A stretch of DNA of 64,000 nt from an uncultured virus (IMG/VR IMGVR_UViG_3300027977_001066). Lineage: Duplodnaviria; Heunggongvirae; Uroviricota; Caudoviricetes. Shown here piece after piece: positions 57,081 through 64,000 of this stretch. Below the pieces are notes generated by a model. The model worked only from the letters and a program-made list of their open reading frames with translations, was not told the DNA's origin and did no database searches. Both the position numbers and the translations under genes were made by a program. Within the stretch, counting starts at the first letter, position 1, and each line of letters starts with the position of its first letter. The stretch lies in the IMG/VR virus record IMGVR_UViG_3300027977_001066. The stretch is one strand, 5' to 3'.

Positions 57081-57758
57081 TTATGCTAAGTGTGTCATTA
57101 GCGTATTCATTTGTTTAACTCCACCTTTTGACAACTGAAATCCTTTTTGACCTGCACGATTGATTCGTTGGTCATAACTAGGATGACTGCTATTAGGCAG
57201 TTTAGTTATACTATTGTAAAAGTCGTAATCAGATTGTTTTTGATGCAAGAACTTAAACATCTCAACTTTGTTGTAGCCCAAAGCCCTACATAACCTAATA
57301 GCAAAGTCGTCAGCATCCATTTCTTCCCGACGTGCTTGCCCGAGATCAGGCTGAAAACCGTGTCCTAGGGCAATGTGTCCCAGTTCATGTGCTATAGCAA
57401 ATGCCAGTGTAGCATCAGGAGCATCCCAAAACACAGTTAGGTCAAGACTGACAGTGCGATTGTCAGCATTTCCTTGAACCCATTGGTCATTCGACATAAC
57501 ACGAACCTTTGTCCCTGTCAGTCTTTGTGCCCATTCTGGACCGGCGGCTCGCATTAATTTACCTAACATACCATTACTACGTTGTTGCAGTTGTTCGAAT
57601 CTAGGCATCCAAACGTCAGGTTGTTTTTTTATAGTTTCTAAATCTTGATATTCACCTGCTTTAGCTAAACCAGTAGCGCCCAATGCGGCGGCACCCGCTA
57701 CACCTTTAAGTAAGTCTCTACGGCTAATAGCTTCGCTGATGAATTCGTTTGCTCTCAC
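57081..57758 (-). CDS. M48-family zinc metallopeptidase with twin-arginine signal
   Basis: GTG start at 57758 (VRANEFISE); SRRDLLK followed by an h-region ending AKA; AHELGH, EMDAD, SHPS...R. Confidence 0.8.
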   Translation of the reverse strand: MRANEFISEAISRRDLLKGVAGAAALGATGLAKAGEYQDLETIKKQPDVWMPRFEQLQQRSNGMLGKLMRAAGPEWAQRLTGTKVRVMSNDQWVQGNADNRTVSLDLTVFWDAPDATLAFAIAHELGHIALGHGFQPDLGQARREEMDADDFAIRLCRALGYNKVEMFKFLHQKQSDYDFYNSITKLPNSSHPSYDQRINRAGQKGFQLSKGGVKQMNTLMTHLA

Positions 57759-57759
57759 G

Positions 57760-58314
57760 TTATTTCTTAAGGTTTCTAATTTTCTGTTCAGCAATCATTA
57801 CCAATTTTTCCATCTGTTGTACACTTTCACAGTTCCATCTGCGTAGTGCTTTGTTGATTGGGCTATCCGGATCTCGTTTAGTCTTAGCACTTGCGTGAGC
57901 CTTCTTCATTCCACTCATTCTAGCACAGAATGATTTACGGCGTTTAGCGGCTTTACTACCCTTCTTTAGTTTTGAAGGCTTAGTAGTAACAGCAGTCTTT
58001 AGTTTAGATCCTGGATTCTCTCTGCGATATGCTTTGACAGCCTTACTGCTCATGCCATCAGTTTTGTCTTTTTTGTTGACCTTTTGCCAATCCTCATCTA
58101 AATCTTCTTCTTGTATATCTTTTGGCTTCTTACCAGCCTTTTTCATACTAATAGCAATAGCGGCTTGTTGTGCTGGATTAGCGGCTTCATCAATGTTCTT
58201 TGGATAGCCGGGCTTTGGTTTGCATTTGCAAGTTCCGGGTTTGCAAGTGCAACCTCTCATTCCACATTGTGGACAAATCTTGCTTGATTCTGTTAGTACT
58301 TCAGTAATTTTCAT
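57760..58314 (-). CDS. Basic modular putative internal head protein (MKITEVLTE)
   Basis: Cys-rich module, then ANPAQQAAIAI, then RENPGSKLKTAVT...RRKSFCARMSG...RRWNC; TAAATA on the minus strand at ~58370-58375. Confidence 0.7.
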   Translation of the reverse strand: MKITEVLTESSKICPQCGMRGCTCKPGTCKCKPKPGYPKNIDEAANPAQQAAIAISMKKAGKKPKDIQEEDLDEDWQKVNKKDKTDGMSSKAVKAYRRENPGSKLKTAVTTKPSKLKKGSKAAKRRKSFCARMSGMKKAHASAKTKRDPDSPINKALRRWNCESVQQMEKLVMIAEQKIRNLKK

Positions 58315-58332
58315 AGTGGTATCCGTAAATAG

Positions 58333-58361
58333 TTGACTTTATTGCGTAGGTATGCTACACT
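58333..58361 (+). promoter_or_regulatory. Sigma70-type promoter TTGACT-N17-TACACT (TGn)
   Basis: Upstream of uvsE, facing a minus-strand late promoter. Confidence 0.65.
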
Positions 58362-58391
58362 ACATCTATTATTTATCATTTTGGTCTATCT

Positions 58392-59420
58392 ATGCACACA
58401 AATCAGTCAATCAAACGTATCGGTTTCGCTTGTAAATGGGCAGAAATCAATCACAAAGATGAGATTGTTTCAGTCGAAGGTTTTAACACAGGAGGTACAA
58501 CTCAAGCTTGGGCAAAGCGTAATAATCGAAGTGTAGTAGAAGAAAAGATTATGGATGTTGCTAAACGCAATATTATGAATACTCACGCACTTGTTAAACG
58601 TGTTGCTACACTAGAACCAGAATTGCGTATGTTGCGTTTGACTAGCGACATGCTTAGTTTCTATACTATGGATGAATACAAAGACTTTTGGCATAGTACA
58701 GATGTACAGAATAGCTTGGCTCGATGGTTTGCCCCTATAGGTGAAACAGCACGTGCTAATGATGTGCGTCTTAGCTTTCACCCCGATCAGTTTGTTGTTT
58801 TAGCAAGCGACCGTGATGAGGTAGTAAATAAGAGTATTGAAGAATTTGAATATCATTGTGACATGGTTCGTTTTATGGGCTATGGCAAATCATTTCAAGA
58901 CTTCAAAGTAAACGTACACATTTCAGGACGTAGAGGCCCACAAGGCATTAGGGATGTGTACAACAGATTGTCGCCAGAAGCGAGAAACACACTAACACTA
59001 GAGAATGAGGAATACACACATGGACTTACAGACTGCTTATCATTATCTGACCTCGTACCTACGGTCATGGACATACATCATCACTGGATACGTGAAGGGG
59101 AATACATTGAACCTACTGATGACCGTGTTAAAAGGGTTATTGACAGTTGGCGTGGCGTTCGCCCTACTTTACACTATTCTGTCAGTAGGGAAGATTGTCT
59201 TGTTGAACACTCCCGCAATGAACGTCCCGCCCATGATGCGTTGATTGAGGCAGGATACAGTAAGCAAAAACTTCGGGCACATAGTGATTACTATTGGAAC
59301 GAAGCTGTTAACGATTGGGCATTGACATTCATTGATAATTTTGATATGATGTGTGAATCAAAGGCAAAGAATCTTGCCAGCTTTAAATTACTAGAGAGAT
59401 ATAAATGTTTGAAAAATTAA
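58392..59420 (+). CDS. uvsE: UV-damage endonuclease
   Basis: RIGFAC, RLTSD, RLSFHPDQF.VL, NVHISG, LTLENEE, DIHHHW, LHYS, AHSDY, MCESKAK. Confidence 0.92.
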   Translation: MHTNQSIKRIGFACKWAEINHKDEIVSVEGFNTGGTTQAWAKRNNRSVVEEKIMDVAKRNIMNTHALVKRVATLEPELRMLRLTSDMLSFYTMDEYKDFWHSTDVQNSLARWFAPIGETARANDVRLSFHPDQFVVLASDRDEVVNKSIEEFEYHCDMVRFMGYGKSFQDFKVNVHISGRRGPQGIRDVYNRLSPEARNTLTLENEEYTHGLTDCLSLSDLVPTVMDIHHHWIREGEYIEPTDDRVKRVIDSWRGVRPTLHYSVSREDCLVEHSRNERPAHDALIEAGYSKQKLRAHSDYYWNEAVNDWALTFIDNFDMMCESKAKNLASFKLLERYKCLKN

Positions 59421-59815
59421 AGAATTTATTTAAGAAGCCAGAAGTTAAATCTGAGCCTGCACCTAAGAAGGTTAAAGAAAAGAAAGTTGCACCCGAACTT
59501 ACTGCTAAAGAGAAAGCAACGGCGGCTGGCGAGCCATACGTTAACATTCTAAGTATGGAGCTTGACCCCAATGATGTTAATAACGGTGCATTTGAATTAG
59601 ATTGGAATGATAAGTTCATTTTGAATTTGATTCGTGCAGGGTATAAACAAAAAGATAGTGATACAGATGATGTACTAGTAGACCGCTGGTTCCAAACAGT
59701 TTGCAGAAATATCGCATTAGAAGTATATGAGCAACAACAGGCTGATCCTACAAACCGTGACTTACGTGTGGTCCGTACTAAAAACTTGGGTGATGGCCGT
59801 ACAGAAGTTAGTTGA
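59405..59815 (+). CDS. Hypothetical protein
   Basis: GEPYV...GAFELDWN..F...VDRWF..VCRN. Confidence 0.75.
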   Translation: MFEKLKNLFKKPEVKSEPAPKKVKEKKVAPELTAKEKATAAGEPYVNILSMELDPNDVNNGAFELDWNDKFILNLIRAGYKQKDSDTDDVLVDRWFQTVCRNIALEVYEQQQADPTNRDLRVVRTKNLGDGRTEVS

Positions 59816-59820
59816 AGTAG

Positions 59821-59876
59821 TGTTGTAAAAATACAACAAAATAAAATTTGACAATAATACCATATGGATGTATAAT
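59821..59876 (+). promoter_or_regulatory. Consensus sigma70 promoter (TTGACA 59848 - N17 - TATAAT 59871) with upstream palindrome TGTTGTA-AAAA-TACAACA
   Basis: Perfect hexamers; 7-bp inverted repeat at 59821-59838. Confidence 0.85.
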
Positions 59877-59906
59877 ACATACATTGCAACAAACTATAGG
59901 TAACAC

Positions 59907-61715
59907 ATGAAGCGTAATAAAACATCAGTAGCGTTAGCAGTTGATGAAATTTCAATTCCCGATATCGAACCATTACAACAGGAATATCTAGTAGACAATA
60001 TTCTTGATGCAATCACTAGGTTTTTAAAATCAGCCGTAAAAAAAGCTATTGTAGTGCAGGCTCCTACTGGTAGTGGTAAAAGTTTCACTATCACTAACTA
60101 CACCTCTATTCTTATTGCACAAAACTTTAAGAAAATTAAAAATATTTTCTTTGCGGCGCCTTCACAGGAATGTGTTGACGAGCCACTTGAAAGTATGATG
60201 AAGTATGATGGCACCTACATTGGCAACAAATTAGTTAAAGTCTATGACAGTAAACAATTGAAATATTCATTGGTCAATAATATTGACTTACCGGGTGACA
60301 TTCGTTATTTCTTTATGACTACACAATATATGTATGGTCTGTATGAGAACTATGACCCAGCGAATCCCGATGACTTTGATTTGATGTTACCCGATCTTAT
60401 CTTTAATGATGAGGCACATCGTGGTTTAGGCGTACCTGACAAGTCAACTACTAAAGATGACCAGGGCATTACTAATAATAACTGGGAACCTAAATGGTTT
60501 GACATGCAGACTGCAATGATGGATAGTGGTACTATCGTCATTCATTTGACTGCAACACCTACCCAATCTCAACGTATGAAAACATTGGTTGGTGCTGACA
60601 AGTACATACAGTTGCCTACAATGCCTAAATTCAAAGAAGCAAATGCATTCACTAAATTTGAATATCATGGAAATCGTGAAGATTTGAATGAGACATTAGA
60701 TGCCGCCTACAAGACATTTGCTTGGCAAGTTAATGAGATTCGCAATCAACAAGTTTTGATTCCACAAGACACATGGGATTCTGTTTCTGATAAGATACCA
60801 AAAATGATGCCCGGCATCATTATTAGTTTAGGACGCAATAACGCAGTTAATGGTATCCCAATTGGTGCAGTAATGAAAGATGTTAAAGAGTTCGTTAAAC
60901 GAATCAATGCGGTGTTGTTTGTTTCTACATCTAAAGAAAAGCATTTTGATGGTAAGGCTATCAAGCGCATGAGTGACGGTATTAAATTGGCTAATAGCCC
61001 TGCTTACCTGAACAGACCGCTTGTGATGGTTGTTGTTGATTCAGGTAAGATGGGTATCAACATTCCTCGATTGATTACGGCAGTAGTTTGTAAAGTCCCC
61101 GCACAACAAAAGATTCACAACAGCTATACACAGTTTGTTGCACGTACTTGTCGTTTGCCTTTCTTCCGTGACCATGAATTGGGAATTGAATTCATTCGCA
61201 AGATGAAAGTGTCCGATGAAGTGAAATCACTAGTGTGTTCATACTATTCGTTACTGTCTACATCGTTTGCCATTCTTCCGCAAGATACTGAATTGATGCA
61301 GTTAGTAGAAGAATTCTACACAGAAGATACGTTTGAAATGATCGATGGTATCGATTACATTCTGAAGGGAGTGTTCGGAGGTAAGGATCCAAAAAAGTTG
61401 CTTTCGGGTTTGCGACTTGCGTTTGATAACGGCCAACTTAATCAATTGTTTCGCAAGGACCATTGTGAAGCCTGTAAAGGTGTTTGTTTTGAGCAAGCAA
61501 TTAAGGGTTACATTGAACAATACGGAGACGATACTAGTTCATTAGGAGACTTCATTGAAGATTGGAAAACTACATTGCAAGTAGATCATATTGATGGTAA
61601 TCGTTACAATAACGACACATCAAATCATGCAACAGTTTGTCCAAATGTACATATGTTGAAAACTCAGAGACAAAAAGACTTTTTGAACAAATATACTTTT
61701 GGCAATAAAAAATAA
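59907..61715 (+). CDS. SF2 (DEAH) helicase/ATPase fused to a C-terminal HNH nuclease
   Basis: QAPTGSGKS, FNDEAH, LTATP, GINIP, QFVARTCR; CEAC...LQVDHIDGNRYNN...N...CPNVH..KT. Confidence 0.85.
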   Translation: MKRNKTSVALAVDEISIPDIEPLQQEYLVDNILDAITRFLKSAVKKAIVVQAPTGSGKSFTITNYTSILIAQNFKKIKNIFFAAPSQECVDEPLESMMKYDGTYIGNKLVKVYDSKQLKYSLVNNIDLPGDIRYFFMTTQYMYGLYENYDPANPDDFDLMLPDLIFNDEAHRGLGVPDKSTTKDDQGITNNNWEPKWFDMQTAMMDSGTIVIHLTATPTQSQRMKTLVGADKYIQLPTMPKFKEANAFTKFEYHGNREDLNETLDAAYKTFAWQVNEIRNQQVLIPQDTWDSVSDKIPKMMPGIIISLGRNNAVNGIPIGAVMKDVKEFVKRINAVLFVSTSKEKHFDGKAIKRMSDGIKLANSPAYLNRPLVMVVVDSGKMGINIPRLITAVVCKVPAQQKIHNSYTQFVARTCRLPFFRDHELGIEFIRKMKVSDEVKSLVCSYYSLLSTSFAILPQDTELMQLVEEFYTEDTFEMIDGIDYILKGVFGGKDPKKLLSGLRLAFDNGQLNQLFRKDHCEACKGVCFEQAIKGYIEQYGDDTSSLGDFIEDWKTTLQVDHIDGNRYNNDTSNHATVCPNVHMLKTQRQKDFLNKYTFGNKK

Positions 61716-61726
61716 GAAAGAGTTAA

Positions 61727-62596
61727 ATGTCAACTAATATTCGCACTAGCCACAAAGGTATTTGGAGTGTAGACCTTGAAAGATATATTCCTTTCTCTAT
61801 ATTTGAAAATGAGGCAGCATCTCGAGGATATCGTGCTAAAGATAGAAGACCAGAAGAGCATATTATACATAATGGATTTACTATTAGGTCTAATAATGGC
61901 GTAGATTGTGAACTAAAAGTTGTTACCAAGGGATATCCAGAAGGTAAACCCAAAGTAGTGTATATTGCTGGTTTTAAAAATGCAGAAGCTAAAACTCTAA
62001 TATTGAGACAGGAAATTGAATCTAAAGGAATGGTCATAGTACATGACAATCGTGATTATCTCTTCATCCAATTAGCAGAAAATGTTATGGATGGTTTTTG
62101 GGAACTAGTTGACTGTGTTGAAAATATTAATACAATTCTTAGAAGTCCCGGTGGTCCTAGAAGAAGTATTACCATTAATCCACACAATTATGCGATTGCA
62201 TCAGCCGAAGTGTTATATACTGCACAAAAATACGGAATGCCTGTTTTATTAGGCAGGGGTGCAGATATTTTTGATAACCTTCATGTAAAAAAATTAGTTA
62301 CTAAAGGTTATAGTATTGCAGGACGACAACAACTTACAACCAAAAATGCATATTGTGAGCATATTGTTCCGTGTGCCTGGATAGAAAAAACGGCATTAGA
62401 AATGTATAAAAACAACTATTCTGTACAAGATGTTGCTGATATGATACAGCGAAATTTAGCAGTGGCTTATATTAGCGATGCAGAAGCCGATTTGTTAAAC
62501 AATTATTTTAAATGGAAAACAACTATGCCCCCTAATTGGAAAGACGGCGACAATGTGATTGACCGTTTAACTCAGGCTGGCATCATCATGACTTGA
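61727..62596 (+). CDS. Hypothetical protein with C-terminal His-Me-finger-like motif
   Basis: YCEHIVP...ISDAEA..L...MP..W......RL..AGI. Confidence 0.6.
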   Translation: MSTNIRTSHKGIWSVDLERYIPFSIFENEAASRGYRAKDRRPEEHIIHNGFTIRSNNGVDCELKVVTKGYPEGKPKVVYIAGFKNAEAKTLILRQEIESKGMVIVHDNRDYLFIQLAENVMDGFWELVDCVENINTILRSPGGPRRSITINPHNYAIASAEVLYTAQKYGMPVLLGRGADIFDNLHVKKLVTKGYSIAGRQQLTTKNAYCEHIVPCAWIEKTALEMYKNNYSVQDVADMIQRNLAVAYISDAEADLLNNYFKWKTTMPPNWKDGDNVIDRLTQAGIIMT

Positions 62597-62621
62597 CATT
62601 TATTAAATAATAGTATATAAT
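62593..62621 (+). promoter_or_regulatory. Consensus sigma70 promoter TTGACA-N17-TATAAT
   Basis: Perfect hexamers; ATG at 62628. Confidence 0.85.
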
Positions 62622-62627
62622 ACAAAT

Positions 62628-63626
62628 ATGAAATACGCACTTATCGACACAGCAAATACCTTCTTTCGGGCACGACACATTGCTTCACGCAATAGTGATA
62701 CTTGGGAGAAGATTGGAATGGCACTACATCTTACACTTGCATCAGTCAATCAGGTTGTACGCAAGTTTGGAGCCGATCACGTAGTGTTCTGCTTAGAAGG
62801 CCGTAGCTGGCGTAAGGATCATTATGCTCCGTATAAGAAAAATAGGGTAGTAGATACTCTATCACAGACTGAAGCTGAACGTGAAGAAAATGAAATGTTT
62901 TGGGATACGTATGAAAAGTTCACTACGTTTCTAAAAGAAAAAACAAACGTATCAGTACTCAGGCATGAACGTGCTGAAGCTGATGATATGATTGCCCGTT
63001 TCGTTCACTTACACCCAAATGACACGCATTACATTATTAGTTCTGATACTGATTACATTCAACTTATTAGTGACAACGTGCACCAATACAACGGTATCAC
63101 AAATCAATTCATCACCCTCGAAGGATACCATGATGAAAAGGGTAGATTAGTTGTAGATAAGAAAACTAAAGAACCCAAGTTACTTGGTGACCCACAATGG
63201 CATCTTTTTATGAAGTGTATGCGCGGTGATAGTTCTGACAATGTGTTCAGTGCTTATCCCGGGGTACGTGAGAAAGGTACTAAGAACAAAGTTGGACTAA
63301 CTGAAGCGTATGCTGATAGACATAAAATGGGCTTCAATTGGAACAATATGATGTTGCAACGTTGGGTAGACCATAATGAGGTTGAACACAGGGTTAAAGA
63401 TGATTACGAACGTAACCGTGTACTGATTGACTTGACCGCACAACCACAAGAGATTAAAGATTTAGTTGACCAACGTATTAAAGAGGGTGTTCGTGTAACT
63501 ACTACCCCTCAAGTAGGCATTCACTTTATGCGATTCTGTGGTAAGTATGAGTTGACTAAAATTAGTGACCAAGCTGAGACCTATGCAAAGTGGTTGAACA
63601 GTCCTTATAAAGGTAATTTAGTATGA
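62628..63626 (+). CDS. rnh: T4 RNase H-like 5'-3' exonuclease (FEN family)
   Basis: LIDTAN.FFR, SWRK...YKKNR, EADD, ISSDTDYIQL, MRGDSSDNV, RN..LIDL. Confidence 0.9.
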   Translation: MKYALIDTANTFFRARHIASRNSDTWEKIGMALHLTLASVNQVVRKFGADHVVFCLEGRSWRKDHYAPYKKNRVVDTLSQTEAEREENEMFWDTYEKFTTFLKEKTNVSVLRHERAEADDMIARFVHLHPNDTHYIISSDTDYIQLISDNVHQYNGITNQFITLEGYHDEKGRLVVDKKTKEPKLLGDPQWHLFMKCMRGDSSDNVFSAYPGVREKGTKNKVGLTEAYADRHKMGFNWNNMMLQRWVDHNEVEHRVKDDYERNRVLIDLTAQPQEIKDLVDQRIKEGVRVTTTPQVGIHFMRFCGKYELTKISDQAETYAKWLNSPYKGNLV

Positions 63627-63940
63627 GCAATAAAGAAGAAACACAATGGGTTCTTGTAGAATGTGTTAGTACATTCCGTCAACGGTATATGGTTGAAGTG
63701 CCCCTAGGTACTGATGACTATGGCAATGATAAAACATTGTGGGCGTTAGATACAGTAACAATGCAAGCGGCAAAAGAATTCAGCCAAGAATATCTTGGTG
63801 AACAGATTGTCAGTCATCGTGTAGTTACGTATGATGAGGCATTGTCATTATGTGATAAGGACAACGATTATGTTGTATCTTGGGATACTGAAACAAAAGT
63901 TAAAAACTTTTTTACAACACTGGCTGACCAAGAAAAATGA
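63623..63940 (+). CDS. Hypothetical protein
   Basis: Coupled ORF; EFSQEYLGEQIVS. Confidence 0.7.
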   Translation: MSNKEETQWVLVECVSTFRQRYMVEVPLGTDDYGNDKTLWALDTVTMQAAKEFSQEYLGEQIVSHRVVTYDEALSLCDKDNDYVVSWDTETKVKNFFTTLADQEK

Positions 63941-64000
63941 CATACACAACACCTGACAAAATCATTAAAACAATTCGTAAAGATGATCCTGACTTTATGA
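63937..64000 (+). CDS. Start of an ORF running off the window (MTYTTPDKIIK...)
   Basis: ATGA overlap; open to the window end. Confidence 0.5.
   Translation, partial: MTYTTPDKIIKTIRKDDPDFM

Noticed and set aside
59383..60012. 209-aa minus-strand ORF
   Set aside because: Overlaps two well-supported + strand genes and a consensus promoter; no recognisable motifs.
1..64000. Stop-codon reassignment
   Set aside because: Recognisable genes are full length under the standard code and tile the window densely; no conserved gene is interrupted by TAG or TGA.

Overview
This 64-kb window is AT-rich, gene-dense and almost entirely on the + strand. It reads as a segment of a large T4-like/jumbo tailed phage genome: T4-type PolB, sliding clamp, clamp loader, RNase H, sigma70-type early promoters and TAAATA late promoters. 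The host is probably a proteobacterium, judging from the TGTCA-type Pho boxes. From left to right it contains: (1) a 5'-truncated repeat-rich tail fibre, a GH19 lysin and Ig-like structural proteins; (2) a DnaE-like fragment, GroES, clamp loader, PhoH, a holin-like protein, DnaJ and ClpA; (3) a Pho-box island with an acidic coiled-coil gene ending in an apparent -1 frameshift signal, a PlcP-like phosphoesterase and a GT2; (4) modular proteins with T4-like capsid-targeting N-termini and [LIV]xE linkers (nucleotidyltransferase, amidoligase and zincin domains), plus Dps and SNase; (5) TilS, PolB and clamp, followed by a 7-deazaguanine DNA-modification region (DpdA-like, DpdL-like, FolE, QueD, QueE) interleaved with sugar-nucleotide enzymes and two GT-B glycosyltransferases; (6) a Tat-signal M48 peptidase, UvsE, an inserted helicase-HNH/HNH-like gene pair, and RNase H. 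I saw no tRNA, rRNA or CRISPR array. All functional calls come from recognising motifs by eye; no database searches were run.
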